Source: Candidatus Caldarchaeum subterraneum
Lineage (GTDB): Archaea > Thermoproteota > Nitrososphaeria_A > Caldarchaeales > Caldarchaeaceae
Direction: 5' to 3'
NCBI GenBank assembly: GCA_000270325.1
Contig: BA000048.1
Coordinates: 4,233 to 36,232 of the forward strand
DNA length: 32,000 nucleotides
Position numbers and translations under genes: made by a program. Below the pieces are notes generated by a model, which was given only the letters and a program-made list of their open reading frames with translations, had not been told where the DNA came from and did not search any database. Below are positions 16,447 to 25,363 of this stretch, one piece after another; the first letter of the stretch is position 1; each line of letters opens with the position of its first letter.

Positions 16447-16636
16447 GTCAACTTGTTGCCGGCTGTTTGAGTCTTACCCTCCCGTTTAGAGTTTGTGGAC
16501 AGATAAAGGAGGATACACGCGCTAGCTATCCCAGAGACATCAACAGGTTGACAGTTGAACCAATTCTTGAGTAGATACTCAAAGAAGTGAATAGCCGTCA
16601 ACATGTTGACATTTTTGTAGAAAAATGAGTAGATAC
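16447..16636. promoter_or_regulatory. cluster of dyad-symmetric sites (GTCAAC-N2-GTTGAC x3, TTGAGTA-GA-TACTCAA) and short direct repeats
   Basis: GTCAACTTGTTGCC at 16447-16460, ATCAACAGGTTGAC at 16539-16552, and a perfect GTCAACATGTTGAC at 16597-16610. TTGAGTAGATACTCAA at 16567-16582. TGAGTAGATAC is repeated at 16568-16578 and 16626-16636. Confidence 0.45.
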
Positions 16637-16923
16637 CAAAAAATGAGCAATAATAGACCCATAACCATTCTCAAGGAGCTTGAACAAAAGCTCTCATTGG
16701 TAGCCTGATATGGCTGGTAAATGGGTTGATGAGGATTGGCGATGTAAGGGGACTACATCTCTATAAAAAATAACGCGGGGTAGAACATACCTGCACATCA
16801 AAACAGGCTCAGGATTCGCCCTACCAGAAGAATACATTCCATGAACCTTTGATGAGCGTGGCTAACATGGTTTGGGTAAATGTTCTTGTGTGTTGGTCTT
16901 GAATTGGGTGTGGCCTGCAAGAG

Positions 16924-16931
16924 TTTTAAGA
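16924..16931 (+). promoter_or_regulatory. TATA-box-like element upstream of the methyltransferase gene
   Basis: TTTTAAGA lies about 36-43 nt upstream of the ATG at 16967. The same TTTTAAG heptamer sits upstream of parA at 27607-27613. Confidence 0.3.
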
Positions 16932-16966
16932 GACGGTGGCGGTGTCGGCTTGAATAGGACTGGGGG

Positions 16967-19900
16967 ATGAGGCTGGATACCGGTTTCTGGGTGTCTAAGG
17001 CTGAGGAGCTTGGCTACCCTGTTAAGATTGAGGAGCTCAGCGTTGATTATCTCAGGGAGAGCGGAGTCTTCCCAAGGGTCCTTAATGTTGTCCAGTCTCT
17101 TCGTTTGTATCTCGATGACTACATAGAGTTTGTCATAATAAGCGTTGATGGTAAAGTATCTAGGGGGCTGTGTACAAGGGTGGCGCGGAGCTGGAAGGAA
17201 AAACGCCTCATCAGACCCCTCCTCATATTCACATCCGGGAAGGATGAGAGCTTCATCGTTACCGTACCGGGTGCAGGCACCGGGGGAGAGGCCAGGGTTC
17301 TACATATCGAAGGCGAGTTCTACAGGACGGATATAGAGGTGATTGAGAGTCTTAGATATAGGGGAGACCCCGAGAATCTAAGAAAGGCATATGACAGCGA
17401 GATGCTGCCCTATGACAAGGTCAGGGAAGAGTTCTTCGAAGGCTACAGGGAGCTGTACGAGAGAATAGTTAAGACGGTGAAGAGTGTTCTGAAAGACAAC
17501 GCATCATCATATGCCCAGCGTTTCCTCGGCCGCCTAATGTTCCTCTACTTCCTGCAGAGAAAGGGCTGGCTAAAAGGGGACAGGAGCTTCATAAACAAGA
17601 TAAACGATTACCTCGAACTCAACCGCCTCTTCTACGAGAGCTTAAACAAGAAAAACGGTGAGGAAGGAATTCCATTCTTAAACGGGTCCTTGTTCGAGCG
17701 GGAAGAATACCTTACCAGCAAGGTTGAGAAGGAATTAGCAATGAAGATGAATTCTATATTCTATGACGCTAGGAACTTCTTCAACAGGTATAATTTCACA
17801 GTCGACGAGACCACCCCACTGGAGGTTGAGGTAAGCATCGACCCTCTTCTACTCGGAACAGTCTTAGAGAATCTGCTGGAGGAGAAAGAGCGCGGTGAGA
17901 AGGGCACCTTCTACACACCTGTGAACGAGATAGGCTTCATGTGTAGGAGGGCGATAGCAGCTTGGCTTGGGCTGGAGGAGGGCGTGCAACAGAGAAATGG
18001 TGAGCTGAGGTTCGTCGACGGGTTGCAACGATACGTGGACGAGCTGAAGAAGCGCAGGGATGAGAGGGAGATAAGAGAGTTCAGGGAGAAGCTTCTCACC
18101 CTCAAGATTCTCGACCCGGCGGTGGGCTCGGGAGGCTTCCTCGTAGTGATGATGCAGACAATTCTACAGCTTATACAGGAGGTGGAGGAGGCTGTTGGCT
18201 GGAAGTCGGACCTAGAGCAGTACAAACGCCGAATAATACCCAACCTCTACGGTTTCGACATAGAGCCGGAGGCAGTGGAGATAGCGAGGCTGAGAATATG
18301 GCTATCCCTCATCGTCGACCAGATGCAACCGGAGCCACTCCCCAACCTAGACCTGAACATAGTCACTATATCGGATTCTTTAGAGCTTCCCCAAGGTGTC
18401 CAGACGGCTTTAGGCGAGTTCGGAAAGGAGCTAGGGTACCTAAGCATAGTGGAGGATATCGAGGCCGTCAAAGCTAGGTATCTCAACGAGCACGACGCTA
18501 CAAAGAAGAATGCGTTGAGGAAGAGGATTGAGGAGCTTAGGCAGGAGTTTGTTAAGCGTACTGGTCTAGCGGTGCGGGCTGGGCCACCTGTCGAATTCTT
18601 CATGCCTAGCTTGGCTGACATCGTGGTGATGAACCCTCCCTACGTTAGACAAGAGAAAATTCCCAAGCTAAAAAAAGACTACTACGTTACTAACTACAAG
18701 CTGGATAAGACCTCTGATATCTATGCGTATTTCATGGTCAGAGCATTAAGGCTACTCAAGTCAGGTGGCGCCGCCGCTTTGATAACATCTGATAAATGGC
18801 TCGAGGTTAACTACGGCAAGACGCTCCAGCAGGTGCTTAAACCCCACATACTTGCCATCTATGGACAGAGGATGAGAAGCTTCCAAGCCGATGTAAACAC
18901 GGTTATAACAGTCCTTAAGAAGGAAGAGCAGCCTAAAGACAAACCCATCCAGTTCATCTACCTAGAGACCTATGGCGGCGAGAAGGTAAGAAACTACAAA
19001 TCAATAGAGAGGGGTAAACTACAGCCCGGAAAATGGTACTATCTTAGGGCGCCGCGGATATTTGAGCAGGTTCTGCTGCCTAAGCTAACCCATAAGCTGA
19101 AAGACTTCGCCGAAATAAGGTTTGGAATTAAGACGGGTGCTAACGAGTTCTTCTACATGAAGGACGTAACACACCTATACGAGGCAGACTACCTAGCAAA
19201 CCCCAGAAGATTCGAGCAATGGGGAGTAAGAGCAAAAACAGCAAAAGAACTACAACAACAAGGACTAATATACATAGAAAACGAAGCAGGAGAAAGATTC
19301 GTAATAGATAGGAAAGATGTGAAACCAATCATAAGAAGCCCAAGAGAGATAAGGAGCTACATAATTAAGGATGTGAGGACCCTATGTCTTTATACAGCCA
19401 ACCCCGGAAGATACACGAGAAAATACATAACATGGGGAGAGCAGCAAGGCCATCATCAAAGACCAACATGCAGAGCAAGAAACCCATGGTGGACACTACC
19501 AGAATTCAAACCAGCACATATTCTGCTACCCATGTCATGGAGAAAGATCATATACATACCATACAGCGAACAACCAGTAATATGTGATGCCAGACTTTAC
19601 GCTTTTTATTCAAAAGAACCAATAAAGACTTGGAAGTATATCAACTCAACAATATTTTTACTAACAGTTGAGCTATTTTGCAGAAGATTGGGCGGAGGCG
19701 GAGCAGCAACTGATATAAAGGTGGAGGATTATGAGGATATGCCTGCACCTAACCTTAACAATCTTATGATTGATTTTCCCGTCGAAATCCTAGCCTCTAA
19801 CGTTCCACTACAATATAGTGATGAAGTTAAACGTGAAGAAAGAAGGATGCTTGATAAGGCCGTTCTCAAAGCTTTAGGATTCCCCGAAAATGAGCTTGAT

Positions 19901-20026
19901 AGGCTTGTTGATGAGCTGCATAGGGCTTTCGTGGAGGTTGTTGAGGATAGGCTTATCAAAGCTGGCCGCCCAATAGTGGAAGATATAGAATCCAAGGAGG
20001 CTGGAGAAGTTGGCGAAGATAATTGA
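16967..20026 (+). CDS. large gamma-class N6-adenine DNA methyltransferase (Eco57I/Type IIG / BREX PglX-like architecture), no obvious nuclease domain
   Basis: 'FLGRLMFLYFLQRKGWL' and 'FLNGSLFE' (helical N-domain typical of Type IIG/PglX-like enzymes). 'TFYTPVNEIGFM', SAM motif 'ILDPAVGSGGFLV' (about 18112-18140), 'YGFDIEPEAVEIARLRIWL', and catalytic 'VVMNPPYV' (NPPY at 18632-18643). The roughly 450-aa C-terminal region is a presumed target-recognition domain. Confidence 0.9.
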   Translation: MRLDTGFWVSKAEELGYPVKIEELSVDYLRESGVFPRVLNVVQSLRLYLDDYIEFVIISVDGKVSRGLCTRVARSWKEKRLIRPLLIFTSGKDESFIVTVPGAGTGGEARVLHIEGEFYRTDIEVIESLRYRGDPENLRKAYDSEMLPYDKVREEFFEGYRELYERIVKTVKSVLKDNASSYAQRFLGRLMFLYFLQRKGWLKGDRSFINKINDYLELNRLFYESLNKKNGEEGIPFLNGSLFEREEYLTSKVEKELAMKMNSIFYDARNFFNRYNFTVDETTPLEVEVSIDPLLLGTVLENLLEEKERGEKGTFYTPVNEIGFMCRRAIAAWLGLEEGVQQRNGELRFVDGLQRYVDELKKRRDEREIREFREKLLTLKILDPAVGSGGFLVVMMQTILQLIQEVEEAVGWKSDLEQYKRRIIPNLYGFDIEPEAVEIARLRIWLSLIVDQMQPEPLPNLDLNIVTISDSLELPQGVQTALGEFGKELGYLSIVEDIEAVKARYLNEHDATKKNALRKRIEELRQEFVKRTGLAVRAGPPVEFFMPSLADIVVMNPPYVRQEKIPKLKKDYYVTNYKLDKTSDIYAYFMVRALRLLKSGGAAALITSDKWLEVNYGKTLQQVLKPHILAIYGQRMRSFQADVNTVITVLKKEEQPKDKPIQFIYLETYGGEKVRNYKSIERGKLQPGKWYYLRAPRIFEQVLLPKLTHKLKDFAEIRFGIKTGANEFFYMKDVTHLYEADYLANPRRFEQWGVRAKTAKELQQQGLIYIENEAGERFVIDRKDVKPIIRSPREIRSYIIKDVRTLCLYTANPGRYTRKYITWGEQQGHHQRPTCRARNPWWTLPEFKPAHILLPMSWRKIIYIPYSEQPVICDARLYAFYSKEPIKTWKYINSTIFLLTVELFCRRLGGGGAATDIKVEDYEDMPAPNLNNLMIDFPVEILASNVPLQYSDEVKREERRMLDKAVLKALGFPENELDRLVDELHRAFVEVVEDRLIKAGRPIVEDIESKEAGEVGEDN

Positions 20027-23000
20027 TAACAAGAAAGAAACCCTAGCATTCGTCCTGAACAAAGAATTCTCCGAAGTAGATGAAATAGCAATAGCGTCCG
20101 CCTACTTCAACGTAAGAGGCTACGGAGCTATAGCGCAGGGTCTTGGAGACAAGCCTATGAAGCTACTCTTGGGGAGGGAGCCAACGGAGACGATAAAATG
20201 GGAAGACGAGATACTTCAAGAGCTTGAGCAGTTTGAGGACGACGCTGATTACTTCCGACTGCTCCAGAAGACAATCCAGTACTTCAAGGATGATAAGCGG
20301 CTGGTTAGGATAATGGAGAGGAGGTTCTTCCACGGAAAGGCCTTCATCGGTGTCTCCCTCGACAAGAAGGAGGTTAGAAGGGGTATAGGTGTGGTTGGTA
20401 GCAGCAACCTCACTTACGGAGGTCTCGTAAGCAACAGAGAGCTAAACATGCTTAACACCGATAGAGAGGTTGTCCAAGAACTAGCTGAATGGTTTGAGGA
20501 GCAGTGGAACCAATCCAGAGACTTCAAGGAAGAATTCATCTCACTACTTAGCAACTATGTAACGTCATGGAGCCCCTATGAAGTGGTGGCGAAAGCACTG
20601 TACGAGACCTACAAGGGAAGCCTAATAGAACGAGAAACAAAAATGCTCAAACATCTTTACCCGCACCAGCAGCTAACCTACATAGACGCAAAGGAGAAGC
20701 TCGAAAAATACGGTGGTGTATTGATAGCAGACTCTACAGGCCTAGGTAAATCGAGGGTAGCGCTAGCCCTAGCCCATGAAGCGATAAGAGAAGGGATACG
20801 CCCCCTCCTCATAGCTCCCAAATCGATACTGGAAACTACATGGGAGGCCGAGATGAACGAGACCCTCGTAAGAATTGACACGCTTTCCACGGAAATGCTC
20901 TCACAAAACCCCGACATAGTAGATGACTATGTTGGAGAAAAAGGGCCAGAGCTAATCATAGTCGACGAAGCCCATTACTTTAGAAGAAGCTCAACCAATA
21001 GATACATAGCTCTAAGAGAGCTGGTAAACAAGAATCAGGCGAAGATAGTGCTGATAACCGCGACACCAGTCAACACCAGCCTCATGGACCTATACTCCCT
21101 CCTAAGCCTATACCTACCAGAGAACTGCATAGCAGACCTAAACCATCAATCACTGTATGAATACTTCGTTACCCAGCAGAGAAGATGGCTAGCTGGAGAG
21201 CCTATAAACATGGACGATATACTGCGCAGATTCATAGTGAGACACTCCAGAGAACTAGCAAAAGCCCTAGATAGAGAAGGAAGGATAAGATTCCCAAAAA
21301 GAGTATTTGACGAAAAGATAGGAAGATACCCCATAACCATAAGCCTTGACGAAATCTACAAAAAACTGGAAAATCTCAGCCTAGCCTTCTACGACCTCTC
21401 GATAGAGAGGCTATCGGCACAATTCAGGCTACCCGACGGAACAAGAATAGAAAAGAAAGACCCAACACAGGTAGAGAACCTGAAAAACCTAGTAAAAACG
21501 ATATTCATAATAAACCTGTTCAAGAGGCTTGAGAGCAGCTACGCAGCCTTCGAAGAGACGTTGAGGAGGATGCTTAGCTACATAAGAGCAGCAAAGCACT
21601 ACGCTACTAAGTTCTCGGTATTCATACCGCCCAAAATGAGGGGAGACATACTTAACCTATTCCCCGATGTGGAAGAGAGGGAGGATGAGATACCGTTCGA
21701 GGAATTCCCAGCACCCGAGGAGCTCTTCTCAAAACCCAGATACAAAGGCCTATACAATGAATGCAAGTTAAGCAAACAGGAAGCCGAGGAATTCGTAGCC
21801 AATTGCTCAAAAGACGAAGAAGCCATAGAATCGCTTCTACGCATGCTACCCAACCACGATGAAAAATACTTCCTACTAGAAAGAAGGCTCCAACAGATTA
21901 TGAAGCAAATCAAAGAGCCCAACGGCGTCATAATCTTTACACAATACGCGGACACTGCCCATTATCTCTACAGAAGGCTGAAGGCTTCGTTCAACCGAGT
22001 GATGCTGGTAACTGGTGCAGGCGGCTATAACGACAAGGGCGAAAAAGCCTTAGAGGACCATATTGTAAGACGATTCCAGAAGGTGGGCGGATTACTCATA
22101 AGCACAGACGTTCTAAGCGCTGGTCAGAACCTACAAAACGCCCAATACGTAGCAAACTATGACTTCCCATGGAACCCTGTAGTACTAATCCAGAGAGTAG
22201 GCCGGATAGATAGAATAGGCTCAAACTACGACATAGTTTATCTAATCAACGTCTTGCCTAGAAACGGCGACCCTGACGACCCAGAGAGCTTGGAACACTT
22301 TCTAGGGCTAATGCAGAGACTATACAAGCGGCTAGAGATGATAAGAGGAACCATTGGATTGGATGCGTCGACGCTTGGCGAGGAGGCTGCGCCTAGGGAT
22401 TTCTCGATACAGGCCATGATAGCGAGAAACGACGAAAGAGTCCTAAAGATACTTGAGCAGAAAATAGAACAGTTCACCAAGGACCCAATAGATATTCTAG
22501 CAAGAATACTTAACGAGAAGGGTTTACAGTGGGTCGAGAGAATCCCTAATGGCATAGGGGCCATAAAGAGGGGCACTTTAAACGGAATTTTCGCGCTTTT
22601 AACCGATGGTGACAATTTTTATTGGCGGCTCCACGTGCTAGACAAGGATAAGGAGAAGATAATCACCTCCCCGACCGAAATAGTAGACCTCTTGTTAGAG
22701 GGAGAGAGTGATAACAGAGGAGAGAAGCTGGAGTATGATAAGCTAATACCTCTCTTGGTCATGGTTAAGGAATCACTTAAGAAGGAGCTCGAGGAAGTCA
22801 TGAGGAGAGAAACCACGGCAATGGGACCCCCAAGAGTAGATAAAAAAACACGCACCGTATTCGACGCGCTGAGCCAGCTCGGCGACGAAGGTGAGCGGCT
22901 AGCCTCGATGTTCCGCAGAGTAGCTTCAAAACCGGCGATAGTTAACCATCTCTACAGAGCATATCTTGAGGGGAAGCTTCTAGAGGAGGCGAGAAAAATA

Positions 23001-23090
23001 CTGCCCAAAGCGGTGCAGGAGATAGCAACAACCAACCCCGAGACAAAGGAGCTAAGACGAGTCTGCTGGTGCTACTTCACAAAAACCTGA
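20010..23090 (+). CDS. PLD-family (single HKD) nuclease domain fused to an SNF2/SF2 helicase
   Basis: N-terminal 'FFHGKAFIGVS...GIGVVGSSNLTYGGLVSNRELN' is an HxK...GSxN PLD motif (H at 20331). Helicase motif I 'ADSTGLGKSRVALAL' (GLGKS at 20739-20753), motif II 'IIVDEAHYFRR' (DEAH at 20964-20975), motif III 'LITATPVNTSLMDLYSLL', motifs V/VI 'STDVLSAGQNLQ...NPVVLIQRVGRIDRIGS'. TTG start, 9 nt after AAGGAGG, overlapping the methyltransferase stop by 17 nt. Confidence 0.9.
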   Translation: MAKIIDNKKETLAFVLNKEFSEVDEIAIASAYFNVRGYGAIAQGLGDKPMKLLLGREPTETIKWEDEILQELEQFEDDADYFRLLQKTIQYFKDDKRLVRIMERRFFHGKAFIGVSLDKKEVRRGIGVVGSSNLTYGGLVSNRELNMLNTDREVVQELAEWFEEQWNQSRDFKEEFISLLSNYVTSWSPYEVVAKALYETYKGSLIERETKMLKHLYPHQQLTYIDAKEKLEKYGGVLIADSTGLGKSRVALALAHEAIREGIRPLLIAPKSILETTWEAEMNETLVRIDTLSTEMLSQNPDIVDDYVGEKGPELIIVDEAHYFRRSSTNRYIALRELVNKNQAKIVLITATPVNTSLMDLYSLLSLYLPENCIADLNHQSLYEYFVTQQRRWLAGEPINMDDILRRFIVRHSRELAKALDREGRIRFPKRVFDEKIGRYPITISLDEIYKKLENLSLAFYDLSIERLSAQFRLPDGTRIEKKDPTQVENLKNLVKTIFIINLFKRLESSYAAFEETLRRMLSYIRAAKHYATKFSVFIPPKMRGDILNLFPDVEEREDEIPFEEFPAPEELFSKPRYKGLYNECKLSKQEAEEFVANCSKDEEAIESLLRMLPNHDEKYFLLERRLQQIMKQIKEPNGVIIFTQYADTAHYLYRRLKASFNRVMLVTGAGGYNDKGEKALEDHIVRRFQKVGGLLISTDVLSAGQNLQNAQYVANYDFPWNPVVLIQRVGRIDRIGSNYDIVYLINVLPRNGDPDDPESLEHFLGLMQRLYKRLEMIRGTIGLDASTLGEEAAPRDFSIQAMIARNDERVLKILEQKIEQFTKDPIDILARILNEKGLQWVERIPNGIGAIKRGTLNGIFALLTDGDNFYWRLHVLDKDKEKIITSPTEIVDLLLEGESDNRGEKLEYDKLIPLLVMVKESLKKELEEVMRRETTAMGPPRVDKKTRTVFDALSQLGDEGERLASMFRRVASKPAIVNHLYRAYLEGKLLEEARKILPKAVQEIATTNPETKELRRVCWCYFTKT

Positions 23091-23242
23091 ATAACTCTCC
23101 CAAAACCCCTCATCCAACCCTTACAAGCTTTTTACGAAGATTAGCAGAGTGGATACCGACCGTCAACGGTCAGGCAGTGCCACCTAAGCTCTTCAACATG
23201 TCCAGAATTCATCCTACAGGAGGAGTATGACCGAATCATCGG

Positions 23243-23596
23243 CTAGAGCCAAACCCCCTTCGCCGCAACACATCTAAGAACAACTACGGTCTTCTCATCC
23301 ACGGCAATGTTTTGACCGGAAGCAGGAGTCCTCTGCAGGGCCGAGACCACGTAGAACATCTCCTCACCAATTTCAGCCTCGTCTCCAACCCTGAAGCTGT
23401 GAAGCCACTTCTCCAGAAGCCTAAGCGTCGAACCATGCCTAACATAGACAACAACCTCATCAAACTTCCTAGAATCCGCAGCAAGCTCCTCAAGAGAAGA
23501 ACTAAAAACCTGTATACAGAAGCTTGGAAACAGACTAGAGAACGCGGAAGGCGGCAGAGATGGCAACACCTTAAGAACACGCTTTCCCTTGCTCAC
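23243..23596 (-). CDS. hypothetical protein
   Basis: 117-aa ORF, one of three overlapping ORFs in this interval. No motif recognised. Confidence 0.35.
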   Translation of the reverse strand: MSKGKRVLKVLPSLPPSAFSSLFPSFCIQVFSSSLEELAADSRKFDEVVVYVRHGSTLRLLEKWLHSFRVGDEAEIGEEMFYVVSALQRTPASGQNIAVDEKTVVVLRCVAAKGVWL

Positions 23597-23690
23597 GCAT
23601 AGCAGGCCACGTGTGAAGAATAAAAGCTGTATAGGCCATAGTCTGCTGTTTCAATGAAGAAAAACCTTCCCAACATCACTCTTTGTCTAT

Positions 23691-24278
23691 TTGAATGGTA
23701 GACACATAGTCTCTATTCCACGCCATGATGGTGTTTACGCTGACCTAGAATTGCACCTCATCAATCGGCTGGTTATTGGCCTGTTTGTCGGGTTGCTGGT
23801 TGGCGGCATGATTGGTTTCGCGGCGGCTGTTTCATCTTCGGCACCTGTGACTGTTACAAGCAGGGTTGAGGTCATGAAGATGCAGTCAATAACATTAACT
23901 AATGAGGTCACCAAGACCATGTCCACAACTGTCACCATGAGAGCAACGGCCACAGTCACAGCCTTAATTACTAAAACTTTGACAGCCACTGAGAGAAGCA
24001 CTGCCACGACCACAGTTACGACTCCAAAAACGACTACCACGACAGTCACTTCAATGACCACCACTACTGTTACCATGACAGCCACTACTAGGTTAACCAC
24101 TACTGTAACGGGCTCAGCGACAGGCCAAAGATGCGACCCATCGTATCCAGATGTGTGTATCCCACCTCCCCCGCCAGACCTAGATTGCAGCGACATACCC
24201 TACAGAAACTTCAGAGTACTCCCACCAGACCCTCACGGATTTGACAGAGATGGAGACGGAATCGGATGCGAGACTTAG
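23691..24278 (+). CDS. membrane-anchored Thr/Val-rich repeat protein with a C-terminal Excalibur-type Ca-binding domain
   Basis: TM helix 'LVIGLFVGLLVGGMIGFAAAV'. About 80 aa of T/V-rich low complexity (TVTMRATATVTAL...TTTTTVTSMTTTTVTMTATT). C-terminus 'CDPSYPDVCIPPPPPDLDCSDIPYRNFRVLPPDPHGFDRDGDGIGCE' carries the DxDxDGxxCE signature. Non-ATG start. Confidence 0.7.
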   Translation: MNGRHIVSIPRHDGVYADLELHLINRLVIGLFVGLLVGGMIGFAAAVSSSAPVTVTSRVEVMKMQSITLTNEVTKTMSTTVTMRATATVTALITKTLTATERSTATTTVTTPKTTTTTVTSMTTTTVTMTATTRLTTTVTGSATGQRCDPSYPDVCIPPPPPDLDCSDIPYRNFRVLPPDPHGFDRDGDGIGCET

Positions 24279-24587
24279 CATGGCTAGGGGGTGCGTCGCC
24301 GCGGCTCCCCAGCCTGTCTCCTTTTCTTAGACTTTTTCTGAATGGGATGGTGCAAAATGGGCACCAGCTTTTACCGCCTAGGATAAATAACGTGTAGCAA
24401 AAGCAGCACTGTATCCTTAACACGACTGACCTCGTTATTGGCCTGCTCGACTATCCGACATGGCTTTCATCAAGACCAACATTGCCCAGAGTTTCCATAG
24501 AGTCCGAGGAGCCCATGGAGTTTTGAGATTTAGCAGCTATTAGCGTAGGTCGCTACAGGCTGTTTTCCTGTACTGATGCAGCAGAAC

Positions 24588-24863
24588 TCATTTGGAAACT
24601 GTATAGAATATTTTTCCATCCTCTTCCTTGACGTAAATAATGCCTCGTGCAACGAGTTCATTAACAGCATTATGTACAGAGTATATTGGTAATCCGGAGA
24701 TGATGATTATGTCATCCAATGATGCCTTACCCCTTGACCTTATTACCGCCAACACTCTTGCAAGCATCTCGCTCCTCTTCCTCTTCCTATATCGCAAAAT
24801 TAATACTATTATTATTATGGGAGGGGTGATAAGTATAAACAACTCAGTCAAACTTACAGCCAT
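24588..24863 (-). CDS. small TM-anchored winged-helix (wHTH) protein
   Basis: N-terminal hydrophobic helix 'LFILITPPIIIIVLIL', a basic linker, then 'LARVLAVIRSRGKASLDDIIIISGLPIYSVHNAVNELVARGIIYVKEEDGKIFY', a typical MarR/TrmB-like wHTH pattern. Confidence 0.55.
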   Translation of the reverse strand: MAVSLTELFILITPPIIIIVLILRYRKRKRSEMLARVLAVIRSRGKASLDDIIIISGLPIYSVHNAVNELVARGIIYVKEEDGKIFYTVSK

Positions 24864-24957
24864 TTTTTGGTCATCACTTAAAACGCTATCAAACTTTTAA
24901 ACTCTTCGCATTTCAGGCAGCAGAAAAGTTCTAGGATTTCATATAGACAAGGCGTAA

Positions 24958-25335
24958 ATGCATTGTCGACTAAGGATTACACCTCCTTCTACTTTGATGC
25001 TGTGGAGCAGTGCTATCGTGCTCACTACCATGCCCTTCACAGTCTTGGAGTTCACGTTGTCGTGGAATTGTCCTATCCTCTTTTCGGTATACCTGAACTA
25101 CCTCTTTATCCTTTTTACCATTATTGGGCCCTTTGTTAACATCAAACGTTTCCTCCAGTCCTTGAATGCCAAGCCTCCTATATTATTATGAAAGACCTGC
25201 CCTCATAGTAATTCGGAACTATTTTTGTTGAAGGTAAACGCATTAGGATTGGACCTCCACCTCGAAACCTTGACCAGTAGATGTGTATCGGAGATATTCT
25301 TCGGTCATTACGCGATGTCTATTACGTGATAATGA
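24958..25335 (-). pseudogene. decayed copy of the IS6-like transposase (C-terminal two thirds, multiple frameshifts/stops)
   Basis: The minus-strand translation gives 'FRYTEKRIGQFHDNVNSKTVKGMVVSTIALLHSIKVEGGVIL', matching 'FRELKDRTKRFYNNVNSKALKSIEELVRAIALIHNLILNAFGEGGVIP' of the copy at 26683-27400. Upstream fragments ('NAFTFNK' vs 'NALSFLK', 'WRKRLML' vs 'ALKRLGL') lie in other frames. The terminal GTCGACAATGCA resembles the IRR GTTGACGGTGCC. Confidence 0.6.
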
Positions 25336-25363
25336 ACGTCGAGAACTAATCGACGAGTTCTAT

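Noticed and set aside
16416-16604. A 62-aa minus-strand ORF upstream of the methyltransferase, considered as a possible controller (C) protein.
   Set aside because: It has no helix-turn-helix-like pattern. Its start codon lies inside the perfect palindrome, and the sequence is better explained as a regulatory, repeat-rich intergenic region.
24958-25191. A 77-aa plus-strand ORF.
   Set aside because: The opposite strand clearly encodes the decayed C-terminus of an IS6-like transposase (FHDNVNSK...EGGVIL), so the plus-strand ORF is an antisense artefact.
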